NCBI RefSeq assembly: GCF_006345805.1
Contig: NC_043006.1
Span: forward strand, 26,474,001 to 26,538,000
DNA from: Octopus sinensis
Lineage: Eukaryota
Length of the DNA: 64,000 nt
Direction: 5' to 3'
Part shown: positions 24,594-37,879 of the stretch, piece after piece
Layout: every line of letters begins with the position of its first letter
Position numbering within the stretch: position 1 is the stretch's first letter
Notes under the pieces: generated by a model
Seen by the model: the letters and a program-made list of their open reading frames with translations, nothing else
Databases searched by the model: none
What the model was told of the DNA's origin: nothing
Program-made: the position numbers and the translations under genes

Positions 24594-26800
24594 CAGTGTT
24601 GCCAATTTAAAATCACAATTTTATGTTAAACTTCAGTAGAAAAAATACCAAAAAAATGCTAAAGACTAATTATATCAAAAAGCTTAATTTTTATTTACAT
24701 TTTTATTTACTTTCTTTAATTATATTCAGCATTGAGAAATAATTTCTTGAATTTCACTGATTTGATCACTTTCAGCTGCAGTGCCTAGGTCTTGACTTCT
24801 GTATACATTCAAGGTCCCAATCTTGTTAATTATGTGTTTTGGAATATCCAAATTTTTCAAAGATTTGCCATATCTTTTCAAGCCATATTTTATAGACAGT
24901 ATTGATCTTCCTATGGAAGATGCATTTTGTTTTTCAATTTTGATTTGATTACACCCATACTACTGAACAACCATTCAACTTCTGCATTTGAGTTTGGCAA
25001 TGTCAGTAGATTAATGGCAAAATTTGCAACATCTCTAAAAGGATTTCCTCCAGTAGCATCTTTATATTCCAAGACTTCCAGCCAGAATGCCTCAGTATTA
25101 GATGTATATGTCCATTTAACTAAATGAATGTTATTAAACTGAATTTCAATTGAAGCAATTTTTTCTTCATTTAAATGCATTACTTCTAAGACAGGTAAAA
25201 TTGGCTCTTTGAAATACTGCAAAATATTCTCTACTGAAAAACATTTGATATTTCTCAATATATCAATATTTTCTGGCAAATGGTGCTTGAGCTCTTTATA
25301 ACGGCAGAGTAATTTTTACTCTGCTTTTGTTGTGCTCTTTTGCAAATATTATTTTCTTCAGTGGCTGTTACAGTCTTCTTGATAATCTTTCTCTCAAACC
25401 TGTAGCCTAAATTTGGTTTAGGATCCCAAAATTTTTCAATAGAAGCATCAGGATCTAGAGGATCAATTCTACATGTTGACAACACTATCATATTAGTAAC
25501 AGATTTGATCAAATTTAAAAAGATCTTCAAGTAATTTTGTTTTGTTGACAATGTTTGATTCAAACAGTTTATTCACTTCTTGAACAAGTTTTAAAATTGT
25601 ATGCACAAATAAAAGGTAAAGTTCATTCCTAGAATCACAAAACATTTCATGTAACGTTTATGCTGTAAAGCATTTTTCTTTTGTAGTTGTAGTTTGGAAA
25701 TGAGTGCAATTCAAACCATTGGCTTAAAATTCTATTTACAGCTGGTTCTGTTGACAGCCACCTGGTTGTACAAGAATTCACAATCTTCAAAGGTTCTTTA
25801 TCATTGATAGCAAAGTAAAGTTGTTTGTAGGCACTTTGTCTTGTTGAAGAATGAGAGAACCATTTATAGGTTTCGGATACTAAAAATTCTAAATTAATGG
25901 GTAAGCATTCAGCACAAGTGTGGGATACTGCCAACTGTAAAGAATGACATACACATCTAAATAGAATTAATGATGGAACTTCTTTTAATTTCTGGAAAAC
26001 ACCATTGTTGACTCCTGTCATTACTCTAGCATTCTCAGTTTCTATACCCAGTAAATTTTTTATATCTAATTTTTTTTTCACTAATTCAGTTTTTAAGGCA
26101 TCTAAAATGCCATCTGCATCACATGTTTCTAAAGGTACCATACTGAGATATGTTTGTACCACTTTTTTGTGAGTGTCACTATAATATATGATAACAATTC
26201 CTAACAGCTTGTTTATCGATATATCATTGGATTCATCTAATAACAGGCTAAGTTTTCTATCTCCTATATCAGAAATCAAATTTCCATCAAAATACGGAGC
26301 TACAACATTTTTCACACTATTTGCACATTTTGAATGATGCAACTTCACTTTGGACATAATATCACTATCAGACATATAATTCCTACATAATTCTATTAAG
26401 CGATCACAGCCATTAAATGATGAGTGGCAACAAACAAACATTGCTAAATTTGCCTCAAATATAGATGTCTTATTTTTAAGAGGAATCATTTGCTGTGGAG
26501 CTGATGCCTTATGTTACTTCGCTTCACAGTAGTTTACTAAAAGAGAATATTTTGCCAACATATTACATCTCCAATATCTGCAATGTGCTTTAGATTGGTC
26601 ACTAGGTACTTCACACAACCACTTAGTAAATGCTGGCATCTTAAGCCATTCCTTTCGGAATTTTTGCTGGTAAAACTTTGTTTTTTCTCTGCTCATTATA
26701 ATGTAGTGGGAAGCAAGAAAATAAACTGAATGATGAATAAAAATATAAAATTGAAAACACAACTTATCAGTTTGCTAAGAAATAACAGCTAACAAAAGAA
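24594..26800 (-). mobile_element. hAT DNA transposon with a disrupted transposase
   Basis: BED-like N-terminus, LLLDESNDIS, RCVCHSLQLA (CxxH), TTRWLS and C-terminal LPNSNAEVEWLFS. Split over several frames. A TIR-like cagtgttgccaa sits at 24594; its partner TIR was not found. Confidence 0.9.
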
Positions 26801-26939
26801 CCTAAAAGACCTACTACACAAGCACAATTCACAAAACAGAATTACCGTTCACTCCAATAAAACTAGGAATTTCTACACTCTGGATGTTAATTTATACCAC
26901 CAGCTGCTACATAAGGAAATTACAAAAAAATACAAAATA

Positions 26940-29140
26940 GCACCGGATACCACCCTAATATCTATGAACTTAGCAGCCAAGGACATTATGACAGACTACA
27001 ACTTAGAGGACAAAACTGAACCCTTCATGCCATCCAGACCTCACATCACACTAAAATACCATAAACCAAATTTCTTAACCGATACTAAAGTAAGATTAAT
27101 ATGCCCAAATAAATCAGATCTATGTAAATTAAGTAAACTAATACTTGACAAATACATCCCTAAGTTAAAAAGAATAGCTTTAGAATTATGGTCCAACACA
27201 GCCCTAAACTGGTTCTTCAATGTATAGAACATGAAGAACTACAAATTCATACAGATAGAAATAGTAAATCACTACTCCTCAACCCTACGATCCTAATATT
27301 CGTCAAAAATTACACACATTTAACTATGAAGGAAATAAAAGTAATACTAGAAGCGAGGAAATCAGTTATAAGCTTTGATAATAAATTTTGGATACAAAAG
27401 GACTCCCATAACTCATTTGAATATCACCATGGGAGCCCCAGATTCAGCACAGGTAACTGACCTGGTGGGCATTTATTTGCTATCATAGCTACAGGAAGAA
27501 TTCCCAGAACTCAAGGGTGGATTATACAGGGACAATGCACTTTTCATTTAAAAAAAAATCCCTCAAATAGGAAATTAGAGCTTATCAAGAAAAAACTACA
27601 CAAATTCTTTAAAAGATTTGGACTATCTATTTCTATAGAAAAGGAACACAACTCCATTAACTACTTAGACACACATCTGCAACTTAGCCACAAGACTCCA
27701 CAAACCCTATATAAAACCCAACACTAACCTCAAGTACATAAACACATCCAGTAACCATCTGAACTTTATTAAGAGAGGTTTAGTACATAGCATTAACAGT
27801 AGAATATCATGCCTCTCTTCCAACCAACATATTTTTAATAAGCATAAGGAAATCTATAATATCGCACTAGCTAAAACAGGATTTAAACAAAAAAATTAAA
27901 TACCTAGACCCCAATCACTATACAAATAACAGAAATCCACACGATAATACAATTAACACTAACCACACACCAAACGTCACTACAAACTACACCAATGCTA
28001 AGAACAGCATAGATAAGCTCAACTAGAATAATAGCAATAGAAACAATTTTAAGTCCCATACACAAATCACCAATAACATTACAAACGACAACATGAATAC
28101 CAACAATGTGATAAACGATAAAATTAATATTAACAAGTCTAATACGAATTATAAAAATAAGTTAAAAAAAATAATAGCTATAATAAGAATAATATAAACC
28201 TACACATCGATAAGAATAAAAATATAGAGCTTCAAAGAACAAAGATAAACCCTGTTAAAAACAATAACACCAGGTCATTGAGTCCACATAAAACCATACA
28301 GAAATAACCACAATAAAACAGACAAGAGCAATAGTAAAGATAAACCCAACTATAGAAATAAACTCGATAGCCATAATTTCACACGCCTTACAAACAATGA
28401 GGGTAGTTTCTATACCAGACATAGCAATAAATGTAATAGTAATAAGATCTGGCTCGTAATCCCTTTCGCCATGCACCTCAAATCCAACATAGTTTGCTTA
28501 TTAATGAAACTAATAAACACTTAAACGTAAATAATAAATATGCAGCAATATTTAGAAATAAAATTAGGGTAGGCCACAGCCTGACTAGTAACTCAGCTAC
28601 CGTCATAGCCTTGAATAATAATAAGAAAACTAGACACATTCTATGAAGCTAGGAAAATTAGGAACAATAAATGTAAGAACCAATGGACTAATAGAGCAAG
28701 TCTCACAACTAATGAACCGCCTCCTAGTAACATAGACAAAGACCAGAGTAGTAATAGCCCCCCACGACACAACACAAACACAGATATACCTAATAATTTA
28801 TGTGGCTGCAGGGATACAAGTAAGTACCAATTCCCTTATAGATGTAACACTAAAAACGTAGTTTACCAATGTGACCTCCACACAAATAGCCATATAAAAT
28901 CCTATATAGGAGCCACATAAAACTAAATGATACTTAGGTACAACTCACACCAACCTATCTTCAGAAATAGGAGTAAGGCAAATTCAACAAAGCTTAGTAG
29001 CTATATCTAGGAGCTTGAGGACAAAAAAATAGAATATATATTAGAATGGCGCATACTCGCAAAAACAACTTCTTACAACTCAACCAATAGACGTTGGAAT
29101 CTCTGTTTAACTGAACGCCTGGAAATTCTAATGGCTAAAC
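26940..29140 (+). mobile_element. Penelope-like element (Naiad-type), RT plus GIY-YIG, pseudogenised
   Basis: KYHKPNF..VRLICPNKSDL, GLYRDNA (~GLYRDDG), CGCR...NVVYQC...SYIGAT, RRWNLCLTERLEIL. Confidence 0.85.
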
Positions 29141-29147
29141 CACCTCT

Positions 29148-30230
29148 TCATTATCATCATCATCATCGTTTAACGTCCGTTTTCGATACTAGCATGGGAT
29201 GGACGGTTTGACCAGGGTTTGGGAAGTCAGGAGGCTGCACCAGGCTCCAGTCTGATCTGGTAGTGTTTCTACAGCTGGATGCCCTTCCTAACACCAACCA
29301 CTCCGTGAGTGTAGTGGGTGCTTTTTACATGCCACCGGCATCGATGCCAGTCAAGGCAGTGCTGGCATTGGCCACATTCGGATGGTACTTTTTATGTGCC
29401 ACCGGCACGGGTATCATGACTATAATTTCCATTTGATTTTTATTTTGATGTTGATTTACTTGACTCAATAGGTTTCCTCAAGCACAGCAGGTCACCCTAC
29501 GATCCAAGGTATTTACAGCAGGCCGTCCTGCGATCCAAGGTACTTTGAATGGGCTGGGGCTGGTTATGTGAAGCTGGTGTAGGATACACCCATGAACTCA
29601 CTTTATTTCTCGGGTTCTCACAGTCACAGCATATCTCCAGAGGTCTCGGTCTTTCGTCATTGCCTCTGTGAGGCCCAACATTTGAAGGTCATGCTTGACC
29701 ACCTCATCCCATGTCTTCCTGGGTCTACCTCTAGCCTGGATTCCTTCAACAGTTTGGGAGTGGCACTTCTTCACACATCTCTCCTCATCCTTCCATAGTA
29801 CATGACCATACCAGCACAAACGTCTCTCTTGCATGCCACATCCAATGCTTCTTATGTCCAACATTTCTCTCAGGGTGCTTACACTCTGTTGTGTGTGCAC
29901 ACTGACATTTCACAGCCAGCGGATCATGTTAGCTTCATTTCTTTTGAGCCTCCACAGTCACAGCTCATGTTTCACTGCCGTGAAGCATGGCAGTTCGCAC
30001 ACATGCATCGTACAATCTACCTTTCACTCTGAGCGAGAGACCCTTTGTTACCAGTAAGGGTAGAAGCTTTCTATACTTTGCCCAAGCTATTCTTATTCTA
30101 GTGGTAACACTCTCTGAGCATCTACCCCTACTACTAACTTGGTCACCTAGTAGCTATCAACTACTTCTTGTTTCTCCCCCTCGGGTGTGATGAAATCTGT
30201 TTTCTGAGCATCTGCGGTGTCTATTGCCCC
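29148..30230 (-). mobile_element. 5'-truncated RTE LINE with complete 3' UTR and (GAT)n tail
   Basis: QERRLCWYGHV and GRPRKTWDEVVKHDL. The tail tcatcatcatcgtttaacgtcc is at 29150. Confidence 0.9.
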
Positions 30231-31690
30231 TGTTGGGGTTAGCAGAATTTTCGGAATGAAAACGGTATCAGTTTTGTCGTGTCCCATGATAATTTGGGCT
30301 TTAGTGCCATGGTCCATCATTTGTTTGACCACAAAATGAGTTCCATTGCATAGTGTGGGTACGTTTAGAGTGTGTAGGAGGATGACAGGGCAACCAACTT
30401 TTAAATGAAGTTCATGGGGTGAGGGTCTTGGGAGTTTAGAAATTCTGTTTGAAAGTGTGTCCACTGATCTGTAATAATGTTCTTGAGAAAGTAGCTGACT
30501 GAGTAAGTCATGTGTGACCGCTGCATTTGTAGGTGCAAGAACAGCCCTGTCGCGAAGCCAATCTGGTTTTATATATTCCATGGTAAGATTTGGGTAAACA
30601 GTAGAACATAAGTCATCAGGGCTGGAGACAATGTGGTCAAGGGTGGTAGTGTCAATAAATCCGTTGTTGTTGGACCTAATTTGTCCATTGCCAATTTTAA
30701 GGAGCATTTCTGAAGACCGGTTTGATGGTGAGTTGTTTCAAATGAACATGCAACCAAAGGAGGGATTTTTAAGACAGGCATCAAGTTCATCAGTGGGTGT
30801 TCCTTTGGGTATAATAGGCAAAGTTTGTTGAAAATGTCCTGCAAGAAGTTGAGTCACACCTCCAAGGATGTTGTTGTTCGATCTAAGGCCTCTCATTGTG
30901 GTATCAAGTGCTTGTAGGAAACAATTATGGGACATAGTTGCTTCATCCCAAACAATGAGTTTGCACTTTTCCGAAATTGTCACTTCATTCAAGGAATGAA
31001 TTATGTGGCATGCTGGATTTTCTTGATGTGTTACATTGAAAGGCAATTTGAAGGTAGAGTGTGCTGTTCGTCTGCCATGAAGAAGAATCAAGGCTATTCC
31101 TGAGGAGGCAACAGTAATAGCAAGGTCACCATTATGCCACTTTGCACGAAAAAGATTCAGGAGGAATGTTTTTTCTAGTTCCACCAGGTGCATCTAAGAA
31201 GATGATTCTGCCAATGTGTGTGTAGATGTTTCTGAGGACAAAATTGTATACGTCAGCTTGATCAGAATTCAGAAGGGGCTCGTTGTCAGTAATATACTGT
31301 TTGAATTTGTGGGTGTGGTAGGATGTTTCTCTGAGAACTAGGCGATTGGAACAGACGTTTTCATTTCTGTGTGGAGTGTTGAGAGAATAAGTATCCAATT
31401 GTTGACCTCCAGTTGTCTTAACCAAGTCATCCAAGACAAGAAACCCTCCGTTGTAAATGGCAGCGTCAACATTTACATAGGTATACAAATATAAGGGAAA
31501 CAATCAATTTCTGAATGTTACTTCGCAAAGAGTTACCTCCCTTGTCCAGTCCACAATATCCACCATAATGCAGGAATGGACAGGAGGTTTTTTTTATCCC
31601 AGAAGCCATATAATCCCATAAGTGAAAAATCTGAAGTGTCGAGTGCAATCTGTGGAACATAAGTGGTGTATGCACCAAGTGTGAATGAAA
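30231..31690 (-). mobile_element. Helitron Pif1-type helicase relic
   Basis: FLDAPGGT, GRRTAHSTFKLP, LIVWDEATM, LLKIGNG, AVLAPTN and LKVGCPVILL..LCNGT. Frameshifted. Confidence 0.9.
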
Positions 31691-31762
31691 TTGGATGAAA
31701 AATATTGATTTTAAGTGGGATCAAGTAAATAGCCTGTCTCTCTCTCTCACACACACACATCT

Positions 31763-31798
<36 letters not shown>

Positions 31799-32082
31799 AT
31801 TGATGATCAACAAGGAAGTTAAGATAGAATGGATCAGAAGTAGTGAGCAGATTTCAAGCTGTCAACCAAAGGCATGAGATTTTGAAAGACTTACTAAATC
31901 AATAACTATTAATTCTGTTTATTCTATATATAGCCTTACTTTAAACCAGTGATTCCCAAACTTTTTCAGGCTGCTGCCCACTTGGTTCCAAGGCCACATT
32001 CCTCACTCACCATTACAGACATATACCAATTTCTGCAGCAAATTCAAGACAACAGTATTTCATAAATAAATCTTAACCTAAT

Positions 32083-32395
32083 TAGGTTAGGTTAGGTTAA
32101 TTTTTTGGCTCAAAAAGCAAAAGCAAGGCCATGTAGGGGAACATGGAGTTATGTACAGGGAGGGTGTTCATGCAAAGAGATCAGGCCATTTCTAGTCAAA
32201 AGAGACTTTGAACTGAGCGGTCGTCGGCATCTTCACTATCTAGTCCGGCAGCTTATTCCACGGATCCGCAACCCGGATAGAGAAAGCCCCTCTCCTTCGA
32301 TTGAGATGAAATCGTTGCAGACAGAGCTTTTCGGAGTGACCCCGCAGCCAACGCTCTGGAGCAGGAGTGAAGAACAGCTCTTTTGAGAGGTTACA
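32083..32395 (-). mobile_element. CR1/L2-type LINE 3' end
   Basis: The minus strand encodes GHSEKL...FSIRVADPWNKLP, followed by a (CTAAC)n tail. Confidence 0.8.
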
Positions 32396-32439
32396 CTTTC
32401 CGCTTTAACCTTTTATTTCTTTGGGTTTTTTTTTTGTCT

Positions 32440-35400
32440 CACTTTGGTTCGCTTAGTTGGAGGCATATTTTGAAGCACAGGCTGTACCTTCGTCGCGACA
32501 ACTGAATCTTCTCTTCTGTAGCATTCCTGCATCACTCACTCCTTCAGTCAGGGATCTCATCACTGATCTTCATCCTGATGTGACGTACGAGGGGGTCAAA
32601 TCCGAGGTTCTCTGCTGGAACATGAAATCTGTAGAGTCTAAATTTAAGCAGGAGTTAGGTGACAGGGCGCTGACTCAATTATTACAGCATCTCCATGAGC
32701 TCAGCGACACAACTGAGGACAACTTGCTTTCACGGAAGCTTTTCTTCTCCCAGCTACCTCCTGATGTGCAAACCATCTTAGCCACAGTGGTTGATGCCAA
32801 CACCGTGGATCAACTTGCTACTATGGCTGATAAGATTTTAGAATTTGTTATCCAGCCAGCACCTTGCCATGTCTGCTCCTGCTCAGAGGTTTCCTCCACT
32901 GTATCTTCCTCCTCACAGGATGATATTTTGGATAGACTTGATGCCACAACATGCTGAATGGAAGCACTTTGGAGAGGGTGCTCCAACTCTTTGCGCCGTT
33001 GCAATTGAAGCCGGTCCTGTTCACACTAGACCGATTCCTCTTCTTCTCATTTCAGTCTTTGTTGGTACCACGCCAGGTATCAGCATCAAGGCTGCGAATG
33101 CATTCCGCCCTGTTCTTTCCAGGTGTTGGAAAATGACCTGCAGAGATTTTGAGCACTTCTGACCAATCATCCCTAATTCGTGCAATTTTTGTGAAGGACC
33201 ACATGTCTAATCAAGCTTTTATGGTTGACATGGGTTCTAGTTGCTCTATTTAGCCTTTGCATCTTGCTACAGACAAGCCAAAGTGCTCAGAGATCACCTT
33301 GCATGCGGTCAATTGGTCTCCCATTGCAACATATGGTCAAATTTCATTAAATATCGACATTAATCTTCACCGGGATTTCGGGTGGATTTTTGTCATTGCC
33401 AATCTCCCACATCCTATTCTGGGTGTGAACTTTTTGAACAATTTTAACCTATTGGTAGATGTCAGGTGACAGAGACTTGTCGATGGTTCTACGTCTTTGT
33501 CTATGCCTGCAAAGGCCACTACCAATGCTGTTCTCAGTCCTTTTTTTGTTGCCACTGCTGGTGATGAATTTCATTCACTCTTAGCTTCTTTCCCAGAGCT
33601 GGTGGATCAGCTATTCTAAACGGCAAAACCTACCCACTCGACTCTCCACTATATTCCCACCTGTCTTTGCACCTGTCTTTTCATGCTACCTGTCTTTCAC
33701 CTGTCTTTTCACTGGGCCACCTGTCTTTTCATGCCTCAGCAACTTGCTCTTGACCGTCTGAAGAAGGCTCGGTCCGAGTTTGAGCAAATGCTCCAGCTTG
33801 GCCTTATTCGCCCCCTCCTCCAGCCCTTGGGCATCTCCCCTTCGTTTGGCTTGAAAAGGGGATTCTGATTTTTGCCCGATAGGGAATTACAGACATTTGA
33901 ATGCAGTCACTGTTCCCAATCGATATCCCATAAGAAATCTTCAAGATTTCTCCTCTAATTTGTTTCGTTGTACTATTTTTTTCTAAGGCTGACCTTGTTC
34001 GTGCCTATCACCAGATTCTGGTCAATCCTGAGGCCATACCAAAAACTGCTATCACTACTCCTTTTGGCAGCTTCGAGTTCCTTTTTATGAGCTTCGGTCT
34101 GCAGAACGCCACGAGTATGTTCCAAAGATTTATTGACGAAGTTGTTTGTGGACTTGATTTTGTGTTCGCTTACAATGATGACATACTCATTGCAAGCGAC
34201 ACGCATAAAAATCATCTTCAGCACTTGAGTCAACTCTTTCAGCGTCTTTGAGCCTACAATGTGTGAATCAACTCCAATAAGTGTGTTTTCAGACAGTCCT
34301 CTCTGGAATTTCTGGGGCATTATATTGACTCCAATGGGATCAGACCTCCTTCTTCCAAAGTCGATGCAATTCAGCGCATCGCACTCCGCACATCACTATA
34401 CCAACTCCGTCATTTTTTGGCCATTGTCAATTTTTACAGATGCTTTATCAGTAATTGTGCAGACAAATTACTTCCCTTGACTCAGCTATTGAAAGCAGAT
34501 AACAAAAAGAATTCTTCTATTGCTTTATCGGATGAAGTGTTATCTGTTTTTGAGTCAATTAAAAAGGAAATAGCTTCTGTCCCTTTGCTTGCACATCCAG
34601 TTCCCAATGCTCCTCTCTCTTTGATGCATCAGACTCTGCAGTTGGTGCTGTTTTGCAGCACACCGTAGACAATCAGACTAAACCTTTGGCATTTTTTTTC
34701 ATCAATTAAAGCCAGCTGAACGTTTGTACAGTACATTTGATCACGAGCTCTTGGCGATCTACCTGTCCATTTGTTATTTTCAATATCAACTCGAGGGCCA
34801 AGATTTTGTGATTTATACTGATCACAAACCTCTTATGTTTGCGCTGTCATCTAAATCAGACAAACACTCACCTCATGCTCATCACCTGGACTACATTTCC
34901 TAGTTCACAAGGTACATTCGGCACATACCTGGAACAGAGAACATGCTTGCTGACACACTCTCTCATCTTCGTGTGTGCTCCCTTTCATCTGCTGCAGTCA
35001 ATTTAACTGCCATTGCGTAGGATCAGCCAGCTCTGGAAACTTTGGATTTAGCTTCTACCAAGTTGTCCTGTTGCAAGTTTGCCTATCTCCACTTCCGACT
35101 GCTGAAGGCACCATTCTTTGTGACACAGCTACTGGTTCTCTCAGGCCTGAGAATCACCAGCGTTCTGTTTTTGATGCCTTGCATTCACTGTCACATCCTG
35201 GCATCGCTGCCTTGGTGAAGCTTATTACAGCTCGGTTTTTCTAGTCTAATATGCGCCGTGTGATCACCACTTGGGAATGCTCTTGTGTGAAATGCCAGCG
35301 TTCTAAAGTCCACAGGCACATTCGCACTCCTCTTGGACAGTTTTCTCTGCCGGAGACTCGCTCTCGCCATGTCCACATTGATCTGGATGGACCATGGCCT

Positions 35401-36989
35401 GTCAGTTACGGGTTCTATTACATGTTGTCATGCGTCGATTGTTTCTCTCATTGGCCTGAAGCCATTCCAATGGTGGACATTTCCGCTGAGTCAGTTGCTC
35501 GAGCTTTCATTTCTAACTGGATTGCTCGCTTTGGTGTCCCAGCTAAAATAACCACTGATCGCAGACACCAGTGTAAGGCTTCCCTATTTCATGAATTATT
35601 CCGAATCCTAGGCGTTCATCACATTCGTACGACCAGCTACCATCCAGCTTCCAACGGGATGGTCGAACGCATTCACAGGCAACTGAAGGCTGCTCTACGC
35701 ACCACTCCTGATCCACAGTCTTGGACAGAATTCCTGCCTATCATTCTTCTTGGTTGTCGCACTGCTGTTAAAACAGACTTAGGTTTCTCCTCTGCTGAAC
35801 TCCTTTACGGTACCATGCTGGCACTCCATGGCACAATGTTGGCACCAGACAATTCATTGTGTTCTGATCCAACGTCGTATGTCACCAGACTTTGATCGTA
35901 TTTCTCAAGTTTTCCACCCATGAATCCGTGTGACCAGTCTATTCCCTCTCATGTCCCTCCGGATATTGTCAAATGGACTCATGTTTTTGTTCAGGATGAT
36001 TCTGTCAGAGGACCTCTCATTTCTCCTTATAAGGGACCATTTCATGTGCTATCACGCACACCCAAAACTTTTAGTCTCAACATCAATGGTCAGGCAGAGA
36101 CTGTGCTGGTCGACAGACTTAAAAGGACATATTTTGAGGTGTCCACACCCTTCGATAACTCCCCAAACATGTCCACCTTTGATCCTTTACAACCACCTAC
36201 ACATCCACCCTTGACCATGCCATCACCTACACCTACACCTTCTTCGCCACTGCCTAACATGAACAAACCCTATGTCACCAGGACAGGCTGCACTGTGCAT
36301 TGGCCTAAAAAGCTCACTAAAACTATTTATATCTGACAATCTCTATTGTGTTTCTTGTGACAGACAATTGATTTCTTGTGTTACTGGACAGTTCTGATAC
36401 TCTGCCATTGAACATTTTGTCAAAATTTTGTGCATGCCAATTTATATTTCTTGCAGTTATTTTTCTATTTGACTTGTCACATTTTTGTACCATATTTTGT
36501 TGGTTGCGATCAGTTACTATCTTTGCTCTTTCTTGTGCCTGCTCCAATTATTCTGTTTTCATACCTCCACACTCAGCAGGGAGCCCTTGTAGCAGCACAA
36601 GCAGCCAGCAGCATATTGGATGAGATCTCGTGGCAGCCATTGCCATCTCCGAGACTGGAGCAAGACCTCAACTACATCCATTTGCCATGCGCAAGATCAC
36701 ATCGAGGCTCGCAATGGAAGCTATATAAGGGAAAACCCGATTCAAATCTCTCTCTTTCTGGCGCCAACTCACAGCAGCGCTGGCTGAACACCACCACTGG
36801 CTGAAGCTTTCTGCATGTGTATCTCCAGAAGCAATGCACCTGCACTAATGGAGCTACTACACAACGCACACAGCTAAAGATGGTAGCTGAGAGTAGCACA
36901 CTTCATCTGTCCTGTAAAACCTGAAAATAAACCAGTTGTAAAAAGCATTTGAAGCTTTCTCTCTTCACCTGCCAGAAGTCTAAACTACA
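32440..36989 (+). mobile_element. Gypsy/Ty3 LTR retrotransposon lacking its 5' LTR; gag-PR-RT-RH-IN all disrupted
   Basis: gag LEAYF..LFFSQLP; PR FMVDMGS; [23 protein letters not shown]; RH DHKPL; IN HVHIDLDGP, YHPASNGMVERIHRQLK. Domain order RT-RH-IN. Confidence 0.95.
36588..36989 (+). repeat. 3' LTR of the Gypsy element
   Basis: TGTAG...CTACA ends, a purine-rich tract just upstream, TATA (ctatataagg) near 36721 and AATAAA near 36927. Confidence 0.75.
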
Positions 36990-37879
36990 CGGACAAAAAG
37001 GATGATGGAAGAAGACGATATTCTTCCAATATAGCAAATCTTGCCTTCCATTATACATCCATTGCCCTGTTTTGGTCACCCCATTATCACCCCATTTTTC
37101 TTCAACGCCCCTAGATCTTTCCACCACCCGGGGGGGGGGGCAGTACCGCCCACTTTGGGAACCACTGCTTTAAACAGTAGTTTCAAGAACATTGTATTTA
37201 TTGATGTTTGGAATTTTGAAGATTTTCAATTTTTTGGCATTGTTCTATTGATACATGGAAATGTATGATGCATTGCTGGGACCTGCAGCTGGAACGGAAA
37301 ACATGAGACCCAAATGTTGATTTTGAATTATTTGAGTTATTGCTCTTGGCTTAGAAGAGTTAGCTGCAGAAAAAGATGGTGTCTGTAAAACTCATTTTGA
37401 TGACAAAGTTATATATGCAATGGGATAAGTTAGAAGCCTTCACTTGAAGTACCCTGAACAACATGAAATGTGTGTGTATTTAGTCGACTGTTCCATTACA
37501 GGTAGCACCAGCAAAAAAGTATTATATCCAGTAAGAGACAAATATCATTTGATATACAATTTTAATAAGAGCTACTAATAGTTTCATGCTGTAGAGATAC
37601 AATAATTTGGCAGATTTATATAACATACTATGTGTCTTCAAACAATCCATCAGGCTCAGTGCATAATGTTTGTCCTATTTGAAAACCAAGACGCTGGTCT
37701 ATGAGAAAGCATGAGAAAAATGGGAAGAAAAACATGAAGAAGGTTGATGCAAAAAGTGGAATGAGAAGAAAGAAGAAAAAAGAAAACCAAGATCTTTGTC
37801 CTCTTTGTATGTAGAAATTTATTTAATTGGTGTAAATAATATAAAGGAGACAAGGCCAAAGTCCATGAGATAGCTACTC

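Larger units (their letters stand above)
31947..37167. mobile_element. Non-autonomous hAT (Charlie/Buster-type) element hosting nested CR1 and Gypsy sequences
   Basis: TIRs cagtgattcccaaa / tttgggaaccactg. Perfect 8-bp TSD ctttaaac at 31939-31946 and 37168-37175. Confidence 0.88.

Noticed and set aside
24911-26762. Domesticated ZBED-like host gene
   Set aside because: The ORF is broken by stops and frameshifts without splice signals to rescue them, and a TIR is retained.
28790-28900. Selenocysteine-encoding Naiad PLE
   Set aside because: The cysteines of the pre-GIY-YIG motif here and at about 38560-38610 use TGT/TGC or are mutated. I saw no in-frame TGA at those positions and no SECIS.
32083-32100. 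(TTAGG)n as an interstitial telomere
   Set aside because: Only three units, positioned as the tail of the CR1 fragment.
32132-32395. TGT...ACA segment as the Gypsy 5' LTR
   Set aside because: No similarity to the 3' LTR. The minus strand encodes a CR1 C-terminus.
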